A stretch of DNA of 63,800 bases, the filler included, from Choristocarpus tenellus KU-1152 (Eukaryota > Protista > Phaeophyceae): assembly GCA_964200185.2 (NCBI GenBank). It is 11 parts of 11 records of this genome, joined end to end, with 100 filler letters (N's around TTAATTAATTAA, not from the genome) between each part and the next. Parts side by side here need not be neighbours in the genome. Positions count along the whole stretch, not along the records: positions 13,833 to 16,832 come from CAXNAD020023031.1; positions 16,933 to 20,103 come from CAXNAD020021797.1; positions 20,204 to 29,186 come from CAXNAD020004129.1; 8 more parts are not named here. One strand, written 5' to 3'. Under the pieces are notes generated by a model. That model was not told where the DNA came from. It made no database searches and worked only from the letters and a program-made list of their open reading frames with translations. Position 1 is the stretch's first letter. Each line of letters starts with the position of its first letter. This document shows, piece after piece, positions 13,981 to 26,600 of the stretch. Both the position numbers and the translations under genes were made by a program.

Positions 13981-15731
13981 GAGCGTTCGGTGTTAATGCA
14001 GTCAATGCAAGACCTGCCCTTCGTCCATGAGGTCAAGGAAACTGACTCCAACTTCTTCTTGGTGAAGGTGTGTATTTAATACCATGCTTACCAAAACTAC
14101 TATTCTATCACTATTCACAGACCCCTAACCCTAGCTTCTTGGTGAAGGCGTCCCGTGACAAAGACATGTAAGATGTTAAGATCATTTCACGGCACTAAAG
14201 TTGTCATTACTGCATCGATGACTACAGTCTCTGTACACTTTTTTTACCACTGTACTTGGTCCCGTGATGTACCGTGCAAAACTCCAGAAATGCTGCGTAA
14301 AGGGTTAGGGTTAGGGTTAGTAAAGGTCCTAGCGTACTGTTGTCCGAGTTTGATATGGTATACTGTTCGAAAATATTTATATTTATATTTATATATTTGT
14401 TTTGTGTTGATTTGTTTTTCATTGTTTGTAAGACATAGTGTTGATGCCGTAAGGCTTGTGTCATCATTAGGGTTAGGGGTTTGATGGTTAAGGAGGCTGC
14501 TCCTCGTGTGAATATTGCAGGCTCGAACCCCATAGTAGTCAGACCGCTCTTCATGGAAGATCTGGATTTTAGTACCTGGAGTCCCCACTTGGCAAGCTCT
14601 AGGGATGGTTCAAAGGTACTATTATATCCGTCTATCCGTCTCTATATGGCAGTTAAAGAGAGCTCAGCCCAAAATTAAGGTGGCAATGCTTTATTCAGAT
14701 GGTCCAGCATGAGCTTCAAGGACATCACGCAGAACTGTATAACCACTACACCATCCATACCATACCTTACAAATCTCAAAATGCCTGTGAATGACCACAG
14801 GATTACGGTACTATGACATAGTTTTTTTTTAATTATGGTTACATGATACCGTTGCATGTGATTTTTTTTGTGCACCCTAGTTGTACCGAGTTAGGGTTAG
14901 GGTTAGGGTTTAGTGTGTGTGCCGTTAAGTGTACCTACCGTACAGTCTATTCAACTACTGTACCATACTGCATTTTTTTTATTCCTGTTAAATTATCTAA
15001 GTGTGAAGTCTCTACCGTGACGAGCCTTCCTTTTCTTAATTTTTAATTTTTATTGTTATTATTAATTGTTGACTTTAAAGTGAGGATTGGGTTGGTGGCC
15101 TCTGTGTGGGCCATTAGCCCCAGCAGTTCCTGTTGAGGGGCTCTTTTTCTGACTGTCTTATTTTCTAGTGAATTGTGCTGAGTTTCAACCAGATTTTATC
15201 ACAGTTGAATTTTGGATTCACATGTTAGTTAGTTGGGATGAAGTTGGCCTTCGATTTTCTGCACCCTGTGTGTCTGATGACTCTGATGTAAATCAAGATG
15301 TAGGGATAGGGAGAAGTTACCTGTGCAGGTTGCTTTTTTTGAAGGGTTATGGTTAGGGTGTTGTTATATATTTATCTATCCTGATTGATACGCTGCTTTT
15401 GCTATTGGTCAGCTGTCTTCCTTTCCCTTTCTCATTCGCTGATCGCACTCGCTTACGTTTCCCATTGGTCAATCGTCCTGTGCTCCCTCTTCTCATTAGC
15501 CAACCAACCTGTACCACTTGTTTTGTGGCTGTTGCTATGGTGTGTTTTCAGATGGACAACGCTAAAGAAATTTATGAGAAAATGGCCAACAATGGTGTAG
15601 TGGTTCGCTTCAGAGGTAATGAGCTTCACTGCTCTGGTTGCCTCAGGATTACTGTTGGCACTCCTCAGGAGAACAAACGCCTTTTGGAATTGCTTGAAGA
15701 GACAGCTGCTGGTGTGGCATTGGATACTTAG
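13981..15731 (+). CDS. hisC: Histidinol-phosphate aminotransferase, last two exons
   Basis: Exons 13981-14067 (ERSVLMQSMQDLPFVHEVKETDSNFFLVK) and 15552-15731 (MDNAKEIYEKMANNGVVVRFRGNELHCSGCLRITVGTPQENKRLL...*), joined by a phase-0 GT-AG intron. xNFxLV, GVxVR and CLRITVGTxxEN are HisC C-terminal motifs. Confidence 0.92.
14459..14600 (+). mobile_element. Degenerate tRNA-derived SINE-like head (intronic)
   Basis: A-box-like gatggttaagg and B-box-like ggctcgaacccc at tRNA-like spacing; no intact cloverleaf. Confidence 0.3.
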
Positions 15732-17058
15732 GTTTAGGGTTAGGGTTAGGATATTGTTCCTGTTTGTGTCGATCTTGTGATTCATCCAGGCAGTAGCAAT
15801 GGAGAGGCAGTAGGTGGTACTACTTATATTCGTGATAGGACACAACCATGACAGCTGCACTTGTCATGTGCACAACGACTGAAGTGCTTGAGACGGCTTC
15901 AGTGGTGGTTGGAAGGAGGAGAAGTGTGTGTGAGGCATGGTTCCAAAAAACGTTATGGTATGAGTTACAGTAGCATGTATGTGAAAGGTTGTTACACTGT
16001 CCTGCATTCAACCAACTACGTGTTTTTTCTCTGTGAAAAAGCTAGCTTTCCCTTTTAAAACAGGAGATTGGTCAAATTGACCTCCTTTGCTCCAATATCC
16101 GGTAGCAGGTAGGTACCTTGGTATGTGCTGGAAAGGTTATTTTGTTGTTTGACTTGAAAATAAAACTAGAGGTTGTTGGCCCACGAGGAAGCGGCTATGT
16201 CATCTCTAAGGGGACTATAAAATCATACCCTACCAAAAAAAAGTCAATGTAGGGCGGAGGGGGTGGAGGTTGAAGAATGAGTGTTTTGTTTTTGAATGAA
16301 TGTGGAGGTAGATTCCTCTATGGACTAGGGGACGCACCTCCCTCTAGTGCCTATGTTGCAATGTACTCTGGTGTAATTTACAATTGGGTTCTCAGGATTG
16401 AATATTTGGAGGTTGAAGTTGTGGTTAGGCGATTTGATTGGGCGGTGCTAGGTATTCGAATAATAGAAAAATCAAACCTATCGAGTTAAAGGTTAGGGCT
16501 TCATCAATTGGAATATGGGTGAATTGCAACAGATTGAAAAACTGTCTTACATTGCAATAAAAAAACGGTCGAAACTGGATGCCTCTCATTTAGTTGGGGT
16601 CACTTTGTTGTTTCCAATCTTCAACCGAACATTGTTGTATTGTTTGTTTTCAAACAATTAATATTTCTTTAAATGTTATCTTTTGAAGTTAACAACTGTT
16701 ATTTTAATAGAAGTATATATAGGTTTGGTTTTTCCTGACACATCCGAAATTTTAGAGGGCATATGTGAAACAGGTGGAAACAGCCGACAGGTTCTTCGTA
16801 ATGAAGGGGAGCGAGAAGACCCACAGGAGGACNNNNNNNNNNNNNNNNNNNNNNNNNNNNNNNNNNNNNNNNNNNNTTAATTAATTAANNNNNNNNNNNN
16901 NNNNNNNNNNNNNNNNNNNNNNNNNNNNNNNNCAAACACACTACTCAGACGTATTTTTGACTCCATAAGGTACACGACATGTAGAGTTAGTCTCCTTACT
17001 TGGGTTATCCTGTGCTGACATCATAACTCCTACCCTGCCCACCGCTGTAACGAAACAG

Positions 17059-17247
17059 GCCCAGCTCGCTGCAGGGGAGGCAAAGGCATTTGGCGGCATT
17101 CTACTCACCAACACGGGCGGGGCAGTTGAGCTGAGGGACGGGGAAGGGAAGAAAGTGGACCGTATTAGCTACAATCAAGCACAAGTCGTGGCTGCCGGGG
17201 AGGGCAACCCGCTCATGTTTACGTCACCTCGAGCACCCCTTACTTAG
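17059..17247 (+). CDS. Terminal exon encoding the C-terminal half of a lamin-tail (LTD)-like Ig domain
   Basis: acag| acceptor. AQLAAGEAKAFGGILLTNTGGAVELRDGEGKKVDRISYNQAQVVAAGEGNPLMFTSPRAPLT* matches the LTD pattern LxxGE...LxNxGGxxxLxDxxGxxVDxxxY. Not in the ORF track because it has no start codon. Confidence 0.75.
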   Translation, partial: AQLAAGEAKAFGGILLTNTGGAVELRDGEGKKVDRISYNQAQVVAAGEGNPLMFTSPRAPLT

Positions 17248-19900
17248 GTGTTTTCCTCAACTACTCCATAACCAACATCAAAGTGCTCTGTTTAGATCAA
17301 TTTTTTTTAAAATTTATTGCATAGGATCATCCACTGCAGGAGCAGTGCATAGAGGCTGACAGCTTTGCAGTCAACCTTGATCTTGTCAAGGGAAGGATCG
17401 CATTGCACTACCAACTACCAGCAATTCACTAGTGGTATTGAATAAGTATATCGTAGACTAGGCTACAATGCACCAAATGTGGCATCCTCCCTGTTTAGGG
17501 AACACCTATGATACTATTTCGTGGTCTACGTTGGTAGGGGTCTTGCTGTTCCCATGTCTCTTTTTCCATCCCTTTTTGGAACGCTTGCACATTTTCAACG
17601 TTTTTCGATTACAACTGTTCTTATGTCGAAAAATTTGGGCGCATTTGCACAAAAAGATAATCGGCACTTTTGTTCTATTTTCCCACAAAAATAGGTTGTT
17701 TTTTTCGGCTTTATCTGGGAAGTGCATATGTCTGTTCTTTTTCCCACAGCCGCCAACATTGTGGGACGCTTTCCCCTCGTGTACGTACACACCTTGGTCT
17801 GCGGTTTCAACCATTCTTGGGGACCCACCCCAGTTGGTGTTCTACAGTAAAGGGAATGTATATACACATAAAATGATGCTCCCTGCCATTTTCCAAAAGT
17901 TATCATGTAGGGGAAAAAACCCCAATAACTATTAAATACAACAAGCACAACGCAAATAGGGCATGTAAAGAGAGAGGCAGGAAACACATGGCAAATATGA
18001 CAAACCCATAATGGTCGAGGTCTATCATATACAGCGATAAAAAGAATTGTAGTGTTGATTGAAAACAAGAAGACACGAAAGCCTTTAAGAACCATAACAA
18101 GGTGAAACTGCCCATAGACTGGCACGATCGAGGCTGTCGAGAAGTAAGATGAGAAGAGTTCAATCTATAAGCCAAACTCCTCCGACAGGGTCTCTCCGGC
18201 ACAAAAGCACATGACACAACCAGGCACATATTGTACCATGATGGTACATACAATAAAACGCATATTATGGACGAATCAAACAACAAACAGCCAAAATCAG
18301 GTTTTTTTAATATTGCAAACTCAAGCCTCAGTAAAGAGGTTTAGAAAAACAAAACCACAGTTCCTCTACTTCGACATGGTCATTGCTTTTATCCTGGTAG
18401 TATAGAGGAGTTGGACCCATAACAAGTAGGTGGACTGACTCTCCCTTGATATGGAAGCGATACGTATGGAGTGTGGGGTTGAGGTGGAATGAAATGCGAA
18501 ATTGGTGGTGTAATACCGAGACTATCAGAGCAAGGGTGTGCCTTGGACGGACCTTGGTGTGGGAGTTCCAAGTTGACAGCTTCGATTATTTGCTCAGTAT
18601 ATTACAGTTGTAGCAAAACCTCTATGGTAAGCGTTTCAAGTCAGTGAAATCAGCAAGTGGGCGAGAAGGACCTCGAAAGGTTAGTAGGATGCTTTCACAG
18701 CTCCTCACTTACCATCGTAAGGCTAAGGCAGATTATAAGTGTAGCGGTTTGCGCATTACTTTATAGTGAACGATCTTGAACGGGACATTGTTGCGTTGCT
18801 AGTTTTCAAATAGTACGTAGTTTTGGAAGGTGTCTTACCATTAATGACAACTGTAGTATCGACATTACTGCTTGTAATATAAAAGGTTGGGTTTTTTGGT
18901 TTTCCTCCCCCCTGAATCACGGGCAAAATATCTTACAGTATAAAAAGATATGATTGATGTGAAAAGATTATCTGATGAGGCGAATTGGAATGGTAAATGG
19001 ATGATGTCCAATCTGAAGTCCGATTCTTACCCCTTCATTTTGCATAATATCCTTGTCGTTATATCAAACACAAAATCCATGTATCATAGCTCATATTAAT
19101 CTCGTTATATTCACTCCATAGCGAAACCTTTCGGTATGTAGCTGATGATATTGAGTTGGTCATTTAATTACTTCTCTACGAGTTTTCTCACTATCTTCGG
19201 TGTAAGGATGTTCGTTGATAAAAGGATATTGCTGTTATATTTCACGCTGTTCTCATTGATTGGTTAAACTGCGTAAAAGTAATTTTGATGTGTGATGCCG
19301 TGAAGCTTGAAAACAATATATTTCCAGACATTTGTGACAATAAAAGAAGCAACAGACAAAACGCTCAGACCCATCGACAAAGACAGCACAAAAATTGCCT
19401 TGTTGGTCCTCACCCTACCTGCTGTAAAATGATAAATAAACAAACTCTACTCAGCATTGTTATAGTCGTCAAAACTTTAGGGTCCAGGTATTTCCACATA
19501 CATGCTGTTAAGTAATTACAGCAACTATCATATGTTGTGTTGGCATACAAATTTGTTATTGCATAGAGATGAAGAACCATCCATATGAGATCAAGTGTCC
19601 ACATAGTCCATACCAACCGAAGGAAATTGCAAGGAAAATATAACACGACGTTAGATATTTCATATTCAGCCTCTATGTATCCACTTGTGATATCAATAGG
19701 TGTTGTGGGTTTTTTTCCCCTTGGACAAGATAACACTTAACACAATGTTAGGCCCATACCACTGGAGAGGCGAAAAGCAGGTAACAATTTCTACTGTCAT
19801 GAAGTCTCTGGTATTGTTAGCATCACTAATCTGTAATGTCTACTGGATGTCCTTGATGATTGAGTCAAAGTATCTTAGAGGGTAGAGCCGCGTCCATTCG

Positions 19901-20082
19901 GGGTCAAAGTATCTGGGGGGGGGATGTCGGTGTCCGTTTTTCACCCTTTTTTCGATTTTCACTTTTTTTCATATGATTTGGTCGCATGTGTCGGATTTGA
20001 AATGTCAGCAAAAAAAAGAGTATTTTGACCGAAACGGACGCCACCTTTCAAACCACCCCCCCCCCCCCAGATACTTTGACCC
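19901..20082. mobile_element. MITE family B nested inside a family A copy that starts at 19862
   Basis: gggtcaaagtatctggg...cccagatactttgaccc with flanks ttcg/tttg. Family A sequence resumes after it (ggggtcaaaatccaatg). Confidence 0.85.
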
Positions 20083-20692
20083 TTTGGGGGTCAAAATCCA
20101 ATGNNNNNNNNNNNNNNNNNNNNNNNNNNNNNNNNNNNNNNNNNNNNTTAATTAATTAANNNNNNNNNNNNNNNNNNNNNNNNNNNNNNNNNNNNNNNNN
20201 NNNCCGCCCCCCCCCCGGCCTTCTTCCGAAATGGCCCCGCAGGTTGTTCCCCCCCCCCCCCCCCCCAGATACTTTGAGCCATCATAGACTGTGACTCTTT
20301 TGAGCATTCCTGAGGTATGCAATTGTGTTTGTGTATTCTTGAGCAATACTTTGCCATACACCTATCACCATCAACAAGAATCCTGTGCCAGCATCAATTG
20401 CATATCACATGTGGTGTTGACATGTGCAGTTCCTTCACCTAACTCTTGCCTAGCCAGCCCCGTTGTAGTAATTTGTCCACTGAAGCTATTCTTTATCAAT
20501 TACTGGAGCAAATACCAAAAACATAATTCAACCCAACGGTTTAATTGGACTGCAACAATGTTACAAAGTGTGTGACTGGTGGTGCCTTACGTGTTCACTA
20601 AACTCTGTAACTTGGTGTGGTATATTGTGTATGTTCTTGTGGTGTGCGGTGGGGTATGCTTCGAACTGCTCCGTTTTATGGCTATGAGGCAG

Positions 20693-23600
20693 CTACTTTT
20701 TTTTACTACTCCCATTGTTTGTGGCGGGTACATGTCCCGTATTATACGTCTGACAGTGATCTACCATCGCAAGGCCAAGCATGCTCTACCTCTGCTTATC
20801 CCGGTGAGAAAACAAAACGACATAAATCAGAGTTTACCCCAGAGAATAATGAGGATCAGTTTGGATAGAAGGTTCATAGTCCCCTACTCAAGGAGAGAAA
20901 GTACTAAGCATACGTTTGTCTGAGACTCAAGCCTTCAAAAGTGGCACAATGACAACATCACTGTGAGAAGTGGGATAGGAATATTTCACCAATGGTTCTT
21001 GCTAACGAGTGATGATCAGAACACTGTATTGTCAGAGGTGTACCATTGTTTTCAAGATTACGATATATTATTTAGGTGGGTTAACATAAAGTCACAACTA
21101 TGCATAGGATGAGCTTGTCTTTCAAACCCTCCAATAATTGATCACTGTGTTGCTTTTGTGACACTTTTACACCAAGGACCCCCCTCATCCCAATTCAAAA
21201 TGCCTACACATCATGAAATAACCTTGCGTTGCTGCTACAGGAGAGGAACCATATAGCTGTGATTTTGTTTCTTGGATTGGTTGCTGCAGCATTTCCAGTT
21301 TACCTTTTCTACACTACTAATCCAATGTGAGTGTCCTGTAGTTAATAGTGTGGAGAAGTTGTTTTCCACCTTCTTGTACTCTCTGTCTCCTAATAACTCG
21401 ATTGCTGGGCTGGCCCTAAGCGTTAGTTCAGGTGTAAGAGAGTGAGAAACCATTGTGTGTCGTGCTATACCCTCAGTTGTACACATTTGCACCTTGATTT
21501 TCAAATTTATACATATTGTAATACAACTAATCATCAATGAATAATGTCAAATTGCAAGGCATGGCACAAAAAAATAGAGCTGAGAAAAAAAGTGTGCATC
21601 TTCTGCTCTGTTGGTTGACCTTTCTCTTCGCCTCCCCTTTCACAACCTGTTCAAGATGATAGCGAGTGCATGTATACTGCGAAGTATTGATGTCAACGTT
21701 CTTTTCAAAATATGACGTGAGGGCAGTTGATGTAGTGTTCAACCTAGCCACGATCACATGACATGGTCTCAAGTGTAGATGTTCAACCATAATACTTGAC
21801 CTGGTCAATCAGACAAGCAAAGAAATCTTATGCAAGCATTGGCATAAATCATAGACTCAGTGGAAACAGAACTTTTCAAATTGTGTTCTGAACGGTAGAG
21901 TATGCCCATCTCGTCTCCTCTACCTCTATTGATATGAGCATTTGCTGTTTTCTCTTTATTTGCCTACAACAACCGTTAGTGATCGACAGGTGACGCAGTT
22001 GAAAGTTCTGCAGGACACACTCCTCGTCGTTTCAGCAATACTAGGAGTTTCATACCTTTTTATCAGGTACATTTTTCAATATTTGAACATCCACAACCAA
22101 TCATGTCAAATATTTAGAGCACAACTCCACTAGAGAGTTATTGTGTAACTCGCTAAGAAATTAATGTTATGACCCTCCTTTCCTCCTGAGATGAAAGGAA
22201 AACAAGAGGTCTTGCTGGTCAGACTCTAGCATTAGCATGCGTTCATTGAGAGGACAATATTGATAAAAGAACCTGAGAATAATGGTTGGTAGTGATGACT
22301 ATTTGAAAATATATACTATCTGGTAAACAAAAAAAATACTTGATGCTTGTTGTTCCCAAGCTTTTGGACTACGAGGTACGGAGAAAAACTTGCTCAACGA
22401 GGACTTTTCCATCATCAAATCACTAAGAGCTACTGAACTAGAGTATGTTTGAGGTTGTGTTGAATGTAAGGCATTGACCTCAGGAATATGCACACAGTGT
22501 TTGCTACCGTATGATAGTCATATTTGCCGTAACAAAGTGAAACATAATATTTTTCGTACGATGAATTGGTGAAGCCATGGAGATTGCAGACGAATTTATA
22601 AATACAAAGTTTCCATTGATTCTCTCTGCTACCGTAACATTCCAATTCACTACTATATTGTATTTGTCTATCTCTCTGACTGCATGGGGAATGGGTACAG
22701 TGGTAGTGGTTCCGAGCATCTACATCAATTCATACACCTCAACCCACAGAGCGTGTAATATGAGCAATTTAGTGTTTCTAGCACATTCGCAAGTGGGAGG
22801 ACTCCAGGCTAATTCGATGGAGGCTAGTGCTGTTCTCTGTTGTATGTTGCAGGTGGGGTACACAAATTTCAAATTTCAGTTTTGGTTAACGTGTCCATGT
22901 GTATCATGGGAGGTATAGGATTCATATAGAGTGGCATGGTTGACCTGACAGGAAACTCCTACCATACCTCACCAACATGTGCATGCTTTGGACAATTCAG
23001 GAATGTTGACGACATATTCAACATCAGCAAGGAGCTGGTAACTGCGACGATGATATTGACTGTCTGGTCTGGTACGTGCTCCACATTATGTTCATCTGCG
23101 TGTGTTGAGCAGTTCTTTATGAGAATTATTTGTACACAGTCAAAGGTCTATGACTTGAATACGCTGTGACAGAGAGACTTTGCATATCGAACAAGAAGAG
23201 TGCATTCAATGGAGTGGTTGAGCAGTTTATCCTTTGTTGCCAATAGACCTCTAGATATTCACTTACTTCATGAGGTTCTTTGACATCTGTTGATTCAGAG
23301 AACATCATTACCTGTTTTATTCTCCTTTGAGACTACTATACGCTCCAGGTATTTTTTGTCCGTCAGAAGAACATTTCCAGATCTAATGCCTATACTTTTT
23401 CAAATATGTATTTTGATCTTGTTGTAGCTTTCATTTTTGGTATATTTCATCGATTGTCGCCATGATGAACGTACACATCTGATTGATTTTCTTTTCTGTG
23501 CAATGGCACCATTAGTCTTATATAGGGCATTTAGCTCTGAAGGAACTAGATACAATTTACCACACTCGGTCGCACATCCCATTTCTCATAAACCATGTAC

Positions 23601-26600
23601 ACATCCTCATTACTGACCTTGTACAGGATAATCTGATGTCGAAACCCCTTGTTCAGTCAGCGTCAAGGTTATCCCTACTTATGGAAGTCCCAAGGTTCAA
23701 CTATGGCTAAGTGTGCCCAACCTTACACTCATAGGTGGTCACATTTTCGTTTATATTAGGTGGGTTAACAATTACGTTATATGTAAAGGTTAGATTTGGT
23801 CCAGAAGCAATGAATACACCTGTGTAGTTGGCCCCACAATTGTATACCCTCCCAGTATAGAAGTGAGTGAAAGTATCTTAGAGGGTACGAGTTTTTCCCT
23901 GTTTGTTCGTTTGGGGCTTTGCTTCTCACGGGTTTTTTATGACATTTTCCTACTCCGAAATAGTAGGTAAAATGTATACGTTATAAAAAGGTATGTCTGG
24001 AACAAGGATATTAACCCCTTCCTAACTAACACGATAGCCAAAATTATATCAAAATTGGAACATTGGATTTTTTCCGCCAAATGCACGCGGCTCTACGCTC
24101 TAAGATGCTTTAACTCAATGTGCAAAACTAGAACAAGTACTTACAGTAACCTGTTGCAGTGTACAGGGAATTCTCCCTTCTTCGGGTGCCACCACTGTAA
24201 TTTTTTTTTAGCTTTTTTGTACGAATTTCGAAACGCCTACCCTCACACTAACTTCTGTGTGAAAGGTATACCTAACTAGCCAAGGTAACATTCTGGGAGA
24301 TCTTTTGCAGTGCGGTGCACCAGTAGAGTGTGCACCAGCAAACCACTACCCCCCAAGGATCCACCACTGTTATCTCCCTTGCAGCTTTTCACAACTACTC
24401 CCGAAATCCTATCTCTAATCCTGACTTGAGTGTGAAAAAGAACCCTAACTTTCGTTTGGAGAAATGAAAAAAGTATGACAACGGTGGTTCCTCAAGATGG
24501 GGGTTCCCTTATGCACATCACTGTCACGTATACCTAGCTAAATACACACAGTGGATAACAGTAATACTCTTGACTGCTAAAAAAAAAAGTTAGGAATCCT
24601 TCATTCCACACTCCCCATACATCCGATTATTATCACCCTTCCTTGACCCCTGAATGGTTATCACGATTTTTACTACATATGTTATTGCTAAAACCGATTC
24701 AATTAACGTATCGATAGAAGCTGTGCTATTTTGATCCCTTCTATAATATTGTGTCCATGGACACTTGTTAGATGTTGTCACGGGGGATATAGAAGCAACA
24801 CAAAATATTGGTTGCCTCTCCTTTACTACTCTGGGTGGGAATTGAGCAGCAACGAAGGGTTGATCAAATTGTTTGGAATCTGTTTAACTCTTCTATTCTC
24901 CATGGTACTGTCTTCGAAATCTAGCCCTTGCACGGCTGGATTGCAATAGAACCTCGCCCGTCCATTACCATTTTTTCCTCCCTCTTATTCATTTGTCTAC
25001 TCAGCGTTCTGGAGCCAGTGTGGCGGCTGCATCATGAGTCTTCATCAGGTTCCAGAAATTCCAACAATGACAGGGTTCTGCTCAACCGATATGAATCTAG
25101 GAATACGAGGTGGGCGATAATGGCATTTGAGATGGTACTAGGGGTCATACGTACAATTTGCGTAGCAAGAGAAGAGCAATTGATAAGATTTCTCTCGTTT
25201 TTGAGCTACTCCGTATATTGTTAGTATTGTACAAGTCCCACTAACAGAGTGGTAGGAGTCATGATACAATAAACAACATATTTTATTAATTACATGTAAT
25301 GGCATAGAGCTCTCCAGGTTTAAAATTGATTGAACAGAATTTCATTGACCCCGCAGTCCCGTCATATCCCCATTCAAAATGCAGCAAATAGTGTCTTCAA
25401 CGCTGGAGCATACCAGCTCATATATTTTTCTTTCAGTTCTAACTATTAGCATGGCAGTGACATTGCCGTGCACTCCCTCGTTACATCACACCGGTCTTCA
25501 AAAGGTAGGCAAACGTAGGTTATTGTGTCACCTTCTGTTCAGAGAAGGACAGAGATTGGTATCACCCTGTGCGTACATTTGCCCCAACTCCAACTTTTCC
25601 TCCCTTCTCAAACAGACCACTCTTTGGCGTTCTCCTTTAAGTATGGTGTATACTTTTCCAAACTTAAGTCTTCTTCAACAATCTTCAACTATCTGATGGA
25701 CTGTACCAATCATATCTTCGCTTGTAATCTGGTAAATGTTTACTGATGACTCCTTCCCAAAAAGCTACTTTATACACCCCTCAAGCACCACCTGACCGAA
25801 ATCTGTATTCCTGCAGGATAACTGATCCTTCCGATCAGTTGCTGACGACCTTTGCCCCTGGTCAAGCCACTTACTCCTTATCTAACCAACAGTGGAACTT
25901 TGAGCGACTGGCGTCCACACCTATGATAGCATCTGCCTTTGAGGATTTCGCACGGAAGGCATTATGTCACGAATCTGTCCTCTTCCTTGCTGACGTTTCC
26001 AGGCAAGGGTGAAAGAGTTCAACATAGTTGAGGGCTGAGTGGTGAAGCTAACGTGTTGATGGGTTGGGTTTTGGAAAAGATATGTGCTGGGGTGAGTTTG
26101 GGGAAATAGAAAGTGGTATGATATGCCTAGACCAGTTCTTGTTGGCCAGGAATGGACTAAAGATGTCAGTGAAACATATCTGTTGGGGAGTACCAAAGGC
26201 AAAAAAGAGTGGCTTGACACTCCGAGGGCAGCTTTAGTGGTGGAGGATTCTGTTGGTAATACGGAGAGATACTGTGTGCATGTGTCTCTCTGTGAATTTT
26301 GACCCAAATTGGTTCAAGAAAAGACGCACAAATGTTTTACTTTGGAGCATCATCAGAGCTTCAGCATGCCAACCAATGATAAAGAATCTCACACCTGTTC
26401 ACCAACATTTTATCATGGGATACTTTCATACTTCCATCTCCCAGCAAAACTTCTTGTCGTCGGGGTATGCATCATTTTGTACTCACATAGTTTACTTTGG
26501 AAGACTTTTAGAGATTAGTTGTATGCTGCAGCATGCGACCAGCTGAATCAAGTAGATACGGTCGAGATGTGGTCCAAGTCTGATACAGAAGGCAGTAGCA

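Noticed and set aside
17330-17410. SECIS or structured 3' UTR element after the LTD exon
   Set aside because: Only short stems; no AUGA/GA quartet and no in-frame TGA.
22577-22918. Hydrophobic 113-aa ORF as an extra TM exon of the RGS gene
   Set aside because: Flanking exons 21980-22066 and 23001-23071 already join in phase to give a coherent loop.
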